A stretch of DNA of 64,000 nucleotides. It comes from Candidatus Pelagibacterales bacterium (GTDB lineage Bacteria; Pseudomonadota; Alphaproteobacteria; Pelagibacterales; AG-422-B15). A program made the translations under genes and the position numbers. Of this stretch, positions 12,054-23,035 are shown one piece after another. The notes beneath the pieces are model-generated. The model made no database searches. It saw nothing but the letters and a program-made list of their open reading frames with translations, and had not been told where the DNA came from. The stretch is taken from positions 14,610 to 78,609 of the forward strand of contig JBJLDC010000019.1 of NCBI GenBank assembly GCA_045567365.1, written 5' to 3'. Within the stretch, counting starts at the first letter, position 1. Every line of letters begins with the position of its first letter.

Positions 12054-12866
12054 ATGATTTATCTTGATTATCCATCTATTAGCCCAATTATCTTTTCTAT
12101 AGGTCCATTTGAGATCAGATGGTACTCAATGGCTTATATAATCGGATTTTTATTTGCATGGCAATATATTAAATTCTTATCAAATAAAAAAGAATTATTT
12201 GGATTCGAAACAAATCTTGATAGTCAATCAGTAGATGACCTCATTTTTTATTCAATAATTGGATTGATTGTTGGCGCTCGCCTTGCCTATGTGATTTTTT
12301 ATAATGGTACATATTATTTAAATAACCCTATCCACGCACTTTATGTATGGGAAGGTGGACTATCTTTCCATGGTGGTTTGGTAGGAATTATAATTGCTAT
12401 TTTTTATATCAAGTTAAAATATGAAATTAAATTTTATATTATTAGCGATTTAATATGTTCATCTGCCCCTGTAGGAATTTTCTTTGGTAGAATTGCAAAT
12501 TTTATAAATGGTGAATTATATGGAAGACCTTCATCATCATTTTTTGGAATGATTTTTCCAAATACAGATGGAAAAATTAGACATCCAAGTCAACTTTATG
12601 AGGCTTTTTTTGAGGGTATTTTAATATTTTTAATTCTAAATTTTTTAATATTTGGATTTAAAAAATTATCAAATCCAGGACTAATAAGTTCTATTTTTTT
12701 GATTCTATATGGAATATTCAGATTTTTAATTGAATTTACACGAGAACCTGATGCTCAATTAGGTTTTATTTTTAATTTCCTCACAATGGGGATGATACTA
12801 TCAGTACCAATGATAATTGCTGGTTTTATAATTTTATTTATTTCAAAAAAAAATAATGTTGATTGA
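12054..12866 (+). CDS. lgt: Prolipoprotein diacylglyceryl transferase; probable start ATG 12054
   Basis: IRWY, GGLSFHGG, GRIANFINGELYG, RHPSQLYE, EFTREPD. Confidence 0.96.
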   Translation: MIYLDYPSISPIIFSIGPFEIRWYSMAYIIGFLFAWQYIKFLSNKKELFGFETNLDSQSVDDLIFYSIIGLIVGARLAYVIFYNGTYYLNNPIHALYVWEGGLSFHGGLVGIIIAIFYIKLKYEIKFYIISDLICSSAPVGIFFGRIANFINGELYGRPSSSFFGMIFPNTDGKIRHPSQLYEAFFEGILIFLILNFLIFGFKKLSNPGLISSIFLILYGIFRFLIEFTREPDAQLGFIFNFLTMGMILSVPMIIAGFIILFISKKNNVD

Positions 12867-13890
12867 GCCAGAAGCTAAAATTTTAAGCATTATTGACAAG
12901 AGAGGCTATATTCACCTTGATGAGTTTATTGAGATTTCTCTTAATAAATTAGAACTTAGCTATTATAAATCTAGAAGCCCTTTAGGCAAAAATGGAGATT
13001 TCATCACTGCTCCTGAAATATCACAGCTTTACGGAGAAATAATAGGCCTTTTCATTGCCAACTATATAAAAGAAAATCATCTCAAAGAATTTAATTTAAT
13101 TGAATTGGGTCCAGGCAAAGGAACTTTAATGAAAGATGTTGTTAGAGTCTTATCAGCCATTTTTAAAAATAAAATTTATTATGATATTCATTTTGTTGAG
13201 ATAAATAAAAATTTTCAAAGTAATCTTAGAGAACAATTTAGTGATTGTATTATTCATTTGTCAGTTGATACACTACCAAGTAAAAATTCTATATTCGTAG
13301 CAAATGAATTCTTTGATGCTTTTCCTATAGTTCAGGCTCATAAAATTGATAACAGGTTATATGAAACAATAATTACAAAAGACTCAGGAAAGCTTATTTT
13401 TGATAAAAAAGAAATTAGAAAAGAATACGAAGCACTATTTTATCTAGATAAATTTTCTAGTAATCAAATTATCGAAAAATCACCAACTGCAACTCTATTA
13501 TTTGAGACAATAGTTAATCGCCTATTAAAAAATAAAGGTATGATGATAATTATGGACTATGGATATACATCTGACCAAAATATAAGTACTCTTCAATCAA
13601 TAAAAAATAACAAAAAAACTAACTTTCTAGATAGTATAGGAAAGCAGGATTTAACATCTAATGTAAATTTTAATGAATTATTAAAAATCCTTAATAAAAA
13701 AAAGATAAAAAATAAATTGATACAAACTCAAAGAAAATTTTTGATTGAAAATGGCATCAATCATAGGGCGGAAGTACTTATAAAAAGAAATAAAGAAAAA
13801 GAAAATGAAATTCTTAATCAAGTGTCTAGATTAATTGATATTGATAAAATGGGAACCTTATTCAAATTTTTACAATTTAACTGTAATTGA
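12856..13890 (+). CDS. SAM-dependent methyltransferase, MidA/NDUFAF7 family
   Basis: GDFITAPEISQ, ELGPGKG, ANEFFDAFP, DYGY, MGTLFK. Confidence 0.9.
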   Translation: MLIEPEAKILSIIDKRGYIHLDEFIEISLNKLELSYYKSRSPLGKNGDFITAPEISQLYGEIIGLFIANYIKENHLKEFNLIELGPGKGTLMKDVVRVLSAIFKNKIYYDIHFVEINKNFQSNLREQFSDCIIHLSVDTLPSKNSIFVANEFFDAFPIVQAHKIDNRLYETIITKDSGKLIFDKKEIRKEYEALFYLDKFSSNQIIEKSPTATLLFETIVNRLLKNKGMMIIMDYGYTSDQNISTLQSIKNNKKTNFLDSIGKQDLTSNVNFNELLKILNKKKIKNKLIQTQRKFLIENGINHRAEVLIKRNKEKENEILNQVSRLIDIDKMGTLFKFLQFNCN

Positions 13891-13893
13891 TAG

Positions 13894-14655
13894 ATGTTTT
13901 TTTCAAAAAATCTTGAAGAAATTGATCATTGTTTCTTTTCAAAGTTAGGAGGGGTATCAACTGATAAATATTTTAGTCTTAATTGTGGTAAAGGGTCCAA
14001 TGATAGCAATGCAAATGTTAAAAGAAATTTAAAATTTGTAGCAGACTACTATGACTTAAAAATTAATAATATTATCACATTACATCAAAATCACTCAAAT
14101 AAAGCTGTAATAATTTCTGATCAAAATATGAAGAAATATAATTTATGTTTTGATGGATTAGTGACAAATAAAAAAAATATTATTTTGGGTATTTTAACTG
14201 CTGATTGTGCTCCAATATTATTCTACGATTCATATAATATGATTGTGGGTGCATGTCATGCTGGTTGGAGAGGTGCATTAACAGGAATTATCGAGAATAC
14301 ATTAATCAAAATGAAAAGTATTGGTTCGAAAATAGATAATATCAGATGTGCAATTGGACCTTGTATCGGCCAAGAGTCATACGAGGTTGGCAAAGATTTT
14401 TATAATGAATTTGTATCTGTCGAAAGTACTGCCCATCAATTTTTTGAAAAAAAACCCAATGAGATAAGTAAATATACATTCTCTCTAGAGGGATATATTA
14501 TTGATAAATTATCAAGACTTGGCATTAACAGTATTAATTCAATAAGAATTGATACATTTAAAGAGGATCATATCTGTTTTAGCTACAGAAAGTCATTAAT
14601 AAAAAAAGAAAATGATTATGGTAGAATGATCTCAACAATTGTTATAAAAGAATAA
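13894..14655 (+). CDS. pgeF: Peptidoglycan editing factor PgeF (YfiH)
   Basis: GGVS, QxH, TADCAP, HAGWRG, IGPCI, FSYR. Confidence 0.92.
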   Translation: MFFSKNLEEIDHCFFSKLGGVSTDKYFSLNCGKGSNDSNANVKRNLKFVADYYDLKINNIITLHQNHSNKAVIISDQNMKKYNLCFDGLVTNKKNIILGILTADCAPILFYDSYNMIVGACHAGWRGALTGIIENTLIKMKSIGSKIDNIRCAIGPCIGQESYEVGKDFYNEFVSVESTAHQFFEKKPNEISKYTFSLEGYIIDKLSRLGINSINSIRIDTFKEDHICFSYRKSLIKKENDYGRMISTIVIKE

Positions 14656-14660
14656 ATATA

Positions 14661-15596
14661 ATGAAAATTATTGCCGGAAATAGCAATCTTCCACTTTCTT
14701 CAGATGTAAGTAAATACCTCCAAATTGACCTTGCAAAGGCTACAATTCGACGATTTGCTGATGAAGAAGTTTACGTTGAAATCAAAGAAAACATTAGAGG
14801 TGAAGACGTATTTGTTATTGAGTCAACATCTTACCCAGCTAATGATAATTTAATGGAACTTCTAGTGATTATTGATGCATTAAAAAGAGCGTCCGCAAAA
14901 CGGATTACTGCTGTACTGCCTTACTTTGGCTATGCAAGACAGGACAGAAAACCAGGACCAAGAACACCTATTTCTGCAAAATTAGTTGCAAACTTAATTT
15001 CTACCGCTGGAGCAGACAGAGTTTTAACTGTAGATTTGCACGCTGAACAAATTCAGGGTTTTTTTGACATACCAACAGATAATTTATTTGCGGGTCCTGT
15101 TTTTTCTAGAGACATAAAAGATCAATTTGATTTATCAAATCTTGTAGCTGTTTCTCCAGATATAGGAGGAGTTGTAAGAGCGAGGGCAATCGCAAGTAAA
15201 TTTGGTGCATCGATTGCAATTGTTGACAAAAGACGGCCGAAAGCTGGTGAAAGCGAAGTAATGAATATTATTGGTGAAGTTGATGGAAAGGATTGCATCA
15301 TTTTGGATGATATAATCGACTCAGCTGGAACAATATGTAATGCTGCAGACAAATTAATAGAAATCGGAGCGAAGAGTGTCACAGCTTACGTAACTCATGG
15401 AGTGCTATCGGGAAAAGCACTTAGTAGAATTAAGGATTCAAAATTAAAAGAAGTGGTAATTACAGACACCATCAATAACACTGAAAATGCCAAGGAAGTT
15501 GAAAAGATAAGAATCATACCTATTTCAGTCCTATTAGGGGAAGCAATTCGCCGAATTTCAGAGGAAAGTTCAGTCTCAAGTCTGTTTGAATTTTAA
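14661..15596 (+). CDS. prs: Ribose-phosphate pyrophosphokinase
   Basis: [37 protein letters not shown]. Confidence 0.98.
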   Translation: MKIIAGNSNLPLSSDVSKYLQIDLAKATIRRFADEEVYVEIKENIRGEDVFVIESTSYPANDNLMELLVIIDALKRASAKRITAVLPYFGYARQDRKPGPRTPISAKLVANLISTAGADRVLTVDLHAEQIQGFFDIPTDNLFAGPVFSRDIKDQFDLSNLVAVSPDIGGVVRARAIASKFGASIAIVDKRRPKAGESEVMNIIGEVDGKDCIILDDIIDSAGTICNAADKLIEIGAKSVTAYVTHGVLSGKALSRIKDSKLKEVVITDTINNTENAKEVEKIRIIPISVLLGEAIRRISEESSVSSLFEF

Positions 15597-15648
15597 TTAA
15601 TTAAACTTGCCTTCTATTATAATTTAATTTATTACCACTACAAATATC

Positions 15649-16329
15649 ATGGCAAAAGAAACAAATATTGAAGCGGTTATTCGTGATGGGTCTGGAAAAT
15701 CTGCTGTTAAAAAAGTAATGGCAGGTGGCAAAATACCATCAATCCTATATGGCCTTAATGAAAAGCCTGTTAATATTGCAGTCGATAAAATTTTCATTCA
15801 AAAAGAATTAAATGCCGGCGGCTTCTTAACAAAAATATTCAATTTGAATATTGAAGGTAAAAAAAATCTTGCTATACCTAGAGATATTCAATTTCATCCA
15901 TTATCGGATCAGCCAATTCATGTTGATTTTCTAAGGTTATCAGAGGATTCAAAAATTACTCTGGATATTCCAACTAGATTTATAAATGAAGAAGCATCGC
16001 CTGGTTTAAAACGAGGTGGTGTATTAAATGTAAATAGAAGAACCGTACAATTAAGTTGTCCTGCAAACAATATTCCTGAAGAGCTAGTATTTGATCTTAC
16101 AGGCCTTGAAATCGGAGACACAATTAGGATATCAATGGTCAATTTGGATGAGGGTGTTCAGCCAACAATTACCGATAGAGATTTTACTGTTGCTTCTGTA
16201 GCGGCACCTACTGTTGTCAAAGAGCCAGAACCTCAAGCAGAAGGCGATGAAGCTGCTGCAGTTGAAGGTGATGGTGACGCAAAGGACTCTGAAACAGAAC
16301 AAGACGCTAAAGAAGAAGACAAGTCTTAA
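15649..16329 (+). CDS. rplY: 50S ribosomal protein L25 / Ctc
   Basis: IPSILYG, QFHP...HVDF, SPGLKRGG, acidic tail. Confidence 0.96.
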   Translation: MAKETNIEAVIRDGSGKSAVKKVMAGGKIPSILYGLNEKPVNIAVDKIFIQKELNAGGFLTKIFNLNIEGKKNLAIPRDIQFHPLSDQPIHVDFLRLSEDSKITLDIPTRFINEEASPGLKRGGVLNVNRRTVQLSCPANNIPEELVFDLTGLEIGDTIRISMVNLDEGVQPTITDRDFTVASVAAPTVVKEPEPQAEGDEAAAVEGDGDAKDSETEQDAKEEDKS

Positions 16330-16371
16330 AGTATCTCTTTTTAAAATTTTTTTACCATATAATATTTATTT

Positions 16372-16935
16372 ATGATTGCTTTGATAGGATTAGGAAATCC
16401 TGGAGATAAATATTCTCTTAACCGCCATAATATTGGCTTTATGGCTATAGATAAAATTTGTGAAAATTTAAATGCTGAACCAATTAGTGGTAGTAAAATT
16501 AATGGCGATTGTTTTAAATTACAACTACATGGAAAAAAAATTATCTTATTTAGATCACATGAATTTATGAATGAATGTGGCCTTTCAATATCAAAAATAA
16601 TAAAATTCTATAAAATAAAGATAGAAAATCTTTTTGTCTTTCATGATGATTTAGACCTGAAGCTTGGAAAGATCCGAATTAAAGAAGGTGGAAATCCTGC
16701 TGGTCATAATGGATTAAAATCTATAGATAGCTATATAGGCAAAAACTATAATAGAATTAGGATGGGAATTGAACATCCCGGAAATAAAGAACTTGTAATT
16801 AAGCATGTTCTCTCAAACTTCAAAAAAAATGAATTTACTATTTTTGATCAAATAAATGAGAATATCTCAAATAATATTGATTTACTTATTAAAAGAGAAT
16901 ATTCCACATTTATGAATAAAATTAAAATTCAATAA
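16372..16935 (+). CDS. pth: Peptidyl-tRNA hydrolase
   Basis: GLGNPG..Y..NRHNIG, HDDLD, GHNG. Confidence 0.96.
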   Translation: MIALIGLGNPGDKYSLNRHNIGFMAIDKICENLNAEPISGSKINGDCFKLQLHGKKIILFRSHEFMNECGLSISKIIKFYKIKIENLFVFHDDLDLKLGKIRIKEGGNPAGHNGLKSIDSYIGKNYNRIRMGIEHPGNKELVIKHVLSNFKKNEFTIFDQINENISNNIDLLIKREYSTFMNKIKIQ

Positions 16936-18023
16936 TGGGATTTAGTTGTGGAATAGTTGGGCTTCCCAATGTAGGTAAATCAACATTATTCAATGCCCTA
17001 ACAAAAAAAATAACTGCTGAAGCAGCAAATTACCCGTTCTGCACTATTGAACCAAATGAAGGTACAGTAATTGTACCTGATGAAAGGATTTATAGATTGA
17101 GTGAAATCTCAAATTCAAAAAAAACAATTCCTGCGACTTTAAAGTTTTACGATATTGCAGGTCTAGTTAAGGGTGCTTCAAAAGGTGAAGGTCTAGGTAA
17201 TAAATTTTTATCACATATAAGAGAAGTAGATGCAATAATTCATTTGGTTAGATGTTTCGAGGATGAAAATATTACTCATGTAAGTAACTCAATAAATCCT
17301 ATTAATGATGCAGAGGTAATAGATACAGAACTGATTTTGTCTGATCTTGAAATGCTAGAAAAAATAAAGACTAACTTACAAAAATTAGTAAAAAAAGGTG
17401 ATAAAGATGCTATCAAAAAAACTCAATCTATTGATCAAATAGTGTCTCATTTATCAAGTGGTATGCCAGCAAGATCACATGAAAATATATCTGAAATTAA
17501 AAATTATCTGAATGAATATAATTTGATAACACTTAAACCGGTTATTTATGTTTGTAATGTCGATGAAGACTCTATTATTAAAGGAAATAAATTTTCAGAT
17601 AGTTTTAAAGATTTTGTTCAGTCAAATATAATTTTAATTTCTGCAGATATTGAGTCACAAATAGCAACATTAACATCTGAAGAACAGTCTGATTTTCTAT
17701 CTACTCTTGGACTAGAGGAGTCTGGTCTAAATAAAATTATTAAAGAAGGCTACCTTATCCTCAATCTTATTACATACTTTACTTCTGGTGAAATGGAAAG
17801 TAGGGCATGGACCATCGAACGAGATACTCTTGCGCCTGATGCAGCTGGAAAGATCCATACTGACTTCAAAAATGGTTTTATCAGAGCTGAAACAATTTCA
17901 TCTGATGATTTTATTACTTGCAAAGGTGAGTTAAAAGCTAGAGAATTGGGCAAATTAAGAAGCGAAGGAAAGGAATACATTGTGCAAGATGGAGATGTTA
18001 TGCACTTTCTATTCAATAATTAA
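16935..18023 (+). CDS. ychF: Redox-regulated ATPase YchF
   Basis: GLPNVGKST, NYPFCTIEPN, DIAGLV, C-terminal TGS-type domain. Confidence 0.98.
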   Translation: MGFSCGIVGLPNVGKSTLFNALTKKITAEAANYPFCTIEPNEGTVIVPDERIYRLSEISNSKKTIPATLKFYDIAGLVKGASKGEGLGNKFLSHIREVDAIIHLVRCFEDENITHVSNSINPINDAEVIDTELILSDLEMLEKIKTNLQKLVKKGDKDAIKKTQSIDQIVSHLSSGMPARSHENISEIKNYLNEYNLITLKPVIYVCNVDEDSIIKGNKFSDSFKDFVQSNIILISADIESQIATLTSEEQSDFLSTLGLEESGLNKIIKEGYLILNLITYFTSGEMESRAWTIERDTLAPDAAGKIHTDFKNGFIRAETISSDDFITCKGELKARELGKLRSEGKEYIVQDGDVMHFLFNN

Positions 18024-18470
18024 ATGGAACATAATCTAGTTTTTCCCACTTACGAAGAGATTCATGAAAAATCAGTCAAACTTGCGGAATTGATAAAAGA
18101 TAAAAATATTAATTTCACAAAAATGGTTGTTGTCTCAAGAGGAGGATTTGTTCCTGCATCAGTCGTTGCATACTGCCTTGGCATCCAAGATGTCGATATT
18201 GTCTCCATCCAAAGTTATATTCATAGAGAACCTGGTGAAGCTTTTGTTCATAGAGCCCCTAAAACTGATGAGGTAGTTTTAGTAATTGACGATATTGTTG
18301 ATAAGGGCGGAACCGCAAAAGCATTAAGAGAATTTATGCCAAATATGCACTTAGCGGTTGTTTATGCAAAACCTAGGGGTCTTCCATTAGCAAATACGTA
18401 TGTTGAAGAAATTACTCAGGAAACCTGGCCTGTCTTCCCCTGGGATGAGGAAGACAAAGCCAATCACTAG
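18024..18470 (+). CDS. gpt: Xanthine/guanine phosphoribosyltransferase
   Basis: SRGG, VIDDIVDKGGT PRPP loop, W.VFPWD end. Confidence 0.87.
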   Translation: MEHNLVFPTYEEIHEKSVKLAELIKDKNINFTKMVVVSRGGFVPASVVAYCLGIQDVDIVSIQSYIHREPGEAFVHRAPKTDEVVLVIDDIVDKGGTAKALREFMPNMHLAVVYAKPRGLPLANTYVEEITQETWPVFPWDEEDKANH

Positions 18471-18479
18471 ATACTACTT

Positions 18480-19769
18480 TTAGGCGATAAAATATAGAAC
18501 CGACAATATCCCAATTACAATCGATCCTGCATTTAAGTCTTCATGTCTTCCACTTAGCGCTTTTATAACAACATAAGCTATAAAGCCTAAAGCGATTCCA
18601 TGTGCAATACTGAAAGTCAGAGGCATTAGTACTGCCGCAAGAACTGCTGGAGCATATTCACTCACATCATCCCATTCGATATCCCTTAAATTTTTAAGAA
18701 AAAATGTTGCAACGAAAACCAATGCTGGAGCTGTTGCGAAAGCAGGGATACTTTGAGCTAATGGAGCTAAAAATAAACAGATTGCAAAAAGAACAGCAAC
18801 TGTGACAGCTGTAAGTCCTGTTTTACCACCTTCCTTTACGCCAGCACCAGATTCAATATATGAAGTAGTATTTGAAGTACCCGCTAACGCACCTACAGTA
18901 GTAGCAACTGAATCAGCTAATACAGCTTTTCCAATTCCATCAACTTTGCCTTCACTGTCAACTTTGCCAGTTAAGTTTGCAACTGATGTTAATGTTCCTG
19001 CAGTATCAAAAAAATCAACAAACAGAAAAGCAAACGCAACACCTATAAAACCAGAAGTCGCTATAAGGCTGAAGTCTAAAGAAAAAGCATGTGACGCAGG
19101 AGGAATAGAGCCAACAACACCTTCAATTGAGCTAATTCCCATGACCCAAGCAATAACACTTACTACTAGAATACCAATAATGATTGATCCAGTTATACCT
19201 CGCTTGTCTAGGATTGCCATTACCATAAAACCTACTGCAGCTAAAATAACGGGCATAGATGTGACATCGCCTAAGCCAACAAGCGTTGCAGGATTATCTA
19301 CGACTACACCTGCATTTTTTAATCCAATGATTGCAAGGAACAAACCTATTCCAGCACCAACACCAAATTTCATACTTCTTGGAATGCTGTTGATGATCCA
19401 TTGCCTTGCTGGTGTTACCGATAATAAAATGAAGACTAAGCCAGCAACAAAAACTGCTGTTAAGGCTTGTTGATATGTATAGCCCATTCCAAATACGACA
19501 CCGAAAGCAAAAAATGCATTAAGTCCCATTCCTGGTGCAAGTGCTATAGGCCAATTCGCCCATAGACCCATAATCAAACAACCGATAACGGCTGCTATGA
19601 TCGTTGCGACAAATACACCTCCAAAGTCCATTCCTGTTCCTTCAGTAGATAAAATTGCCGGATTAACAACAATGATATATGCCATTGTTAAAAATGTTGC
19701 GAAACCAGCAACAATTTCTGTTCTTACAGAGGTATTGTTACTGCTCAGCTTGAATATATTTTCTAGCAT
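18480..19769 (-). CDS. NCS2/AzgA family purine permease
   Basis: TFLTMAYII.VNP, APGMGLNAFF, DFFDTAGT, YIESGAG..GG.TGLT; SD AGGAGAG upstream. Confidence 0.94.
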   Translation of the reverse strand: MLENIFKLSSNNTSVRTEIVAGFATFLTMAYIIVVNPAILSTEGTGMDFGGVFVATIIAAVIGCLIMGLWANWPIALAPGMGLNAFFAFGVVFGMGYTYQQALTAVFVAGLVFILLSVTPARQWIINSIPRSMKFGVGAGIGLFLAIIGLKNAGVVVDNPATLVGLGDVTSMPVILAAVGFMVMAILDKRGITGSIIIGILVVSVIAWVMGISSIEGVVGSIPPASHAFSLDFSLIATSGFIGVAFAFLFVDFFDTAGTLTSVANLTGKVDSEGKVDGIGKAVLADSVATTVGALAGTSNTTSYIESGAGVKEGGKTGLTAVTVAVLFAICLFLAPLAQSIPAFATAPALVFVATFFLKNLRDIEWDDVSEYAPAVLAAVLMPLTFSIAHGIALGFIAYVVIKALSGRHEDLNAGSIVIGILSVLYFIA

Positions 19770-19907
19770 TCGACTCTCCTAATTATGATTATTAATAATC
19801 TACATTATGATCTAATAGTTTTCGAATAAGATAATTCTCAAAATGTGGATAAGATTTTTTGAATTTATTTTAACAAATTCAATTAATTAAATGACAGAGA
19901 TAAGATT

Positions 19908-20681
19908 TTAGTGCGTATCTCTCCAAATACTCTTGTTTGTGAAATAAAATAAAAATGCAAGAATCAAAAGATAAATTATTACTTTAAAGCCCATTCTTTT
20001 TCTTTCTTCTAACTTTGGTTCAGCTGACCAGGTAAGAAATGTAGTGACATCATGTGCCATTTGTTCTTCAGTAGCTGCTGTACCATCAGTATATTCAATT
20101 CCATCTTCATAAAGAACTTGTGGCATTGCTATTCTCATGCCTTTTGCATACTCGTTATAATATACTCCATCATCTAATTCAGTTCCTTCAGGCGCATCTT
20201 TATAACCAAGTAAGAGGGAATAGATATAATCTGGACCATTTGGTCTTGCTTTAACGATTACTGATAGATCTGGAGGATATGCTCCTCCATTAGCTGCCCT
20301 TGCTTGTTGTTCATTCTCCCAAGGACTAACGAATTTATCAGATAAGATTGCTGATCTCATAAACATCTCGCCATCCTGATCTGGACCAGTTTCAACTTCG
20401 AACATCGCAGCCATTGCCTTAGCTTGCTTTTCAGAAAATTCCGGACCCCCTGGCTGAACGAGATTTCTATAACTTAGTAAATCCATTGAGTGGCAGCCTG
20501 AACATACCTCAGTGTAAACCTGATAACCTCTTTGAAGCGAAGCTCGTTCAAATTTACCGAGAGGACCTTCAAATGACCAGTAAGGTCTTATAGGTTCGTG
20601 TATTTCTGCAGCAATTAAGATTGACTGAAAGGTAGATACCGAAAAAATTAATAAAACTAAAAATTTTATAAACTTTAACAC
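19908..20681 (-). CDS. petC: Cytochrome c1; probable start GTG at 20681
   Basis: Signal peptide, RGYQVY..VCSGCH heme motif, PPDLS, C-terminal TM. Confidence 0.96.
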   Translation of the reverse strand: MLKFIKFLVLLIFSVSTFQSILIAAEIHEPIRPYWSFEGPLGKFERASLQRGYQVYTEVCSGCHSMDLLSYRNLVQPGGPEFSEKQAKAMAAMFEVETGPDQDGEMFMRSAILSDKFVSPWENEQQARAANGGAYPPDLSVIVKARPNGPDYIYSLLLGYKDAPEGTELDDGVYYNEYAKGMRIAMPQVLYEDGIEYTDGTAATEEQMAHDVTTFLTWSAEPKLEERKRMGFKVIIYLLILAFLFYFTNKSIWRDTH

Positions 20682-20682
20682 G

Positions 20683-21936
20683 CTATGCTGTGGCAGTAGC
20701 AGCTTTCGCCGCCCTCTCCTTCTCATTTAGAACAGGTTCACTAATACTTTTCGGCAGTGGTTTGGTTTTTTCAACAAAACCAAGAACAGGCAAAATAATA
20801 ATAAAGTGAACAAAATAGTATATTGTGGCTATTCGAGAAATAATTACATAAACTCCTTCTGCTGGCTGTGCTCCTAAGTATCCAAGCAATAAAAAGTTAG
20901 CCAAAAATATCCAATAAAATTGTTTAAACAATGGTCTATATTTTGCAGATCTTACTTTAGAAGTATCAAGCCAGGGTAGAAAGGCGAGAATTGCAATTGC
21001 TGATACCATCATTATGACTCCACCCAACTTATCAGGAATAGCTCTTAGGATTGCATAGAATGGAAGAAAATACCACTCAGGGACAATATGCTCTGGAGTT
21101 TGTAGTGGATTTGCCTGAATGTAGTTATCAGTATGACCAAGTAGGTTTGGAGTAAAGAATACAAATCCTGCAAAAATAATCATAAAAACTAAAAGAGCAA
21201 AAACATCTTTCACAACATAATGTGGATGAAAAGGAACTGTATCTTGAGATCCCTGAACCACATCAATGCCTTCAGGATTATTATTTCCAGGCACATGCAA
21301 AGCCCACACATGCAATATAACCAATCCAAAAATCAAAAAAGGAAGAAGATAGTGCAATGTGAAAAATCTTGTTAATAACGGAGAACCTACAGAATATCCT
21401 CCCCACAACCAGTTAGTAATTGACTCTCCAAATACTGGAATAGCACTAAATAGGTTTGTGATTACTGTGGCTCCCCAGAAACTCATCTGACCCCAAGGTA
21501 AAACATAGCCCATGAATGCAGTTGCGATCATCAATAGGAAAATGAAAACTCCTATAATCCATATTAATTCTCTTGGCTCTTTGTAAGATCCATAAAATAA
21601 AGATCTAGCCATATGAATATAAACAGCAATAAAAAACATCGATGCTCCATTTGCATGAATATATCTCAATAACCATCCATAATTTACATCACGCATAATG
21701 TGTTCAACACTTGAAAAAGCAAGATCGGCATCAGCGATATAGTGCATTGCTAAAACTAATCCCGTAATAATCTGAGTAACAAGACAAAAAGTTAATATGC
21801 CACCAAATGTCCACCAATAATTTAAGTTTTTGGGAGTTGGGTATTGCATTAAATGGCCATTAAATAGAGTGATTAAAGGTAATCGCTTATCAATCCATTT
21901 TGCTACTGCTGACTGTGGTTTATAATCTGTACTCAT
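20683..21936 (-). CDS. petB: Cytochrome b
   Basis: [23 protein letters not shown]. Confidence 0.98.
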   Translation of the reverse strand: MSTDYKPQSAVAKWIDKRLPLITLFNGHLMQYPTPKNLNYWWTFGGILTFCLVTQIITGLVLAMHYIADADLAFSSVEHIMRDVNYGWLLRYIHANGASMFFIAVYIHMARSLFYGSYKEPRELIWIIGVFIFLLMIATAFMGYVLPWGQMSFWGATVITNLFSAIPVFGESITNWLWGGYSVGSPLLTRFFTLHYLLPFLIFGLVILHVWALHVPGNNNPEGIDVVQGSQDTVPFHPHYVVKDVFALLVFMIIFAGFVFFTPNLLGHTDNYIQANPLQTPEHIVPEWYFLPFYAILRAIPDKLGGVIMMVSAIAILAFLPWLDTSKVRSAKYRPLFKQFYWIFLANFLLLGYLGAQPAEGVYVIISRIATIYYFVHFIIILPVLGFVEKTKPLPKSISEPVLNEKERAAKAATATA

Positions 21937-21945
21937 AAATCTTAT

Positions 21946-22458
21946 TTATCCAATTTTAATAGTATTATCATCTAAAAATACATAATCCGGAATTTCAAGA
22001 TTTGTAGGGGCTGGGCCTTTTCTTATTCTTCCTGATGTATCATAATGAGAACCATGGCAAGGACAAAACCAACCATTATAATCACCTTTATTGCCAAGAG
22101 GAATGCAACCAAGATGAGTGCAGATTCCAACCATTACAAGCCACTCAGGGTTTTGTACCCTGTTATCATCGATCTCAGGGTCAGGTAAATCCTCAATTTT
22201 TACTGCTTTAGCTTCTGCAATTTCTTCTCCAGTTCTTCTTCTTATAAATACTGGTTTTCCCCTCCATAAGACTGTAATACTCTGGCCAGGTACAATTGTT
22301 GATACATCAACTTCAGTCGAAGCAAGGGCTTTTACTGACGCATCAGGGTTCATTTGAGAAACTAGGGGTATTCCAATTGCTGCAGCACCAGCTGCACTGA
22401 AAGCTGCCGTTGAAATATACAAGAAGTTTCTTCTAGTTACTGGCTTAGAATCTGACAA
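21946..22458 (-). CDS. petA: Rieske iron-sulfur subunit (TTG start)
   Basis: Tat TRRNFL, CTHLGC, CPCHGS. Confidence 0.98.
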   Translation of the reverse strand: MSDSKPVTRRNFLYISTAAFSAAGAAAIGIPLVSQMNPDASVKALASTEVDVSTIVPGQSITVLWRGKPVFIRRRTGEEIAEAKAVKIEDLPDPEIDDNRVQNPEWLVMVGICTHLGCIPLGNKGDYNGWFCPCHGSHYDTSGRIRKGPAPTNLEIPDYVFLDDNTIKIG

Positions 22459-22543
22459 ATTTGTAATCTCTTGTTGAATATATAGTATTTAATCCCAATA
22501 TGTTCTTTTATCAATAAACCATTGGTATTGTCACCTAAATTTT

Positions 22544-22558
22544 GTGGCAAGATGACGC
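22544..22558. promoter_or_regulatory. Putative RegA/RegR/PrrA box upstream of petA
   Basis: GTGGC-AAGAT-GACGC in an AT-rich spacer; resembles GCGGC-N5-GTCGC and matches the coxB site. Confidence 0.6.
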
Positions 22559-22588
22559 ATATTAAAAAAATAGATAAGATAGAAAATA

Positions 22589-23035
22589 ATGAAACTTGTG
22601 ATTTTTCAACCTGATATACCCCAAAATACCGGCGCAATGGTAAGAACGTGTGCATGTTTTGATACAGATATTGAAATTATACATCCCTGTAGCTTTCCAT
22701 TAAATGATAAATTATTGAAGAGGTCAGCAATGGACTATGCAAGCTCAATAAAAATCACTGAACATGATAGTTGGGATTCATTTAAAAAGTCATTAAATTC
22801 AAAAAAAAGAATTATATTGCTATCTACAAAAGGTAAAATTGCTCATACAGATTTTACTTTTCAAAATGATGATCTTTTGATGGTAGGCAGAGAATCAGCT
22901 GGAGTTCCAACTGAAATTCACGACCAGGTAGATGAAGTTGTAACTATTCCAATTTCAAAGTCGTCTAGGTCCCTAAATGTTTCAACGGCTGCTGCCATTG
23001 CACTGTCAGAAGCAATGAGACAACTAAAAATATAA
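22589..23035 (+). CDS. trmL: tRNA (cytidine/uridine 34-2'-O)-methyltransferase
   Basis: PDIPQNTG, GRESAG, RSLNVS SPOUT motifs. Confidence 0.94.
   Translation: MKLVIFQPDIPQNTGAMVRTCACFDTDIEIIHPCSFPLNDKLLKRSAMDYASSIKITEHDSWDSFKKSLNSKKRIILLSTKGKIAHTDFTFQNDDLLMVGRESAGVPTEIHDQVDEVVTIPISKSSRSLNVSTAAAIALSEAMRQLKI

Noticed and set aside
18802-19473. 223-aa plus-strand ORF
   Set aside because: Entirely antisense to the NCS2 permease, with no recognisable motifs; typical shadow of a hydrophobic gene.
19770-19907. Possible purine riboswitch before the permease
   Set aside because: No recognisable aptamer core or stable stems by eye; an Infernal scan would be decisive.
20682-20726. Arg-rich N-terminal extension of petC in the ORF track
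   Set aside because: Overlaps the petB end; GTG at 20681 gives a normal signal peptide.
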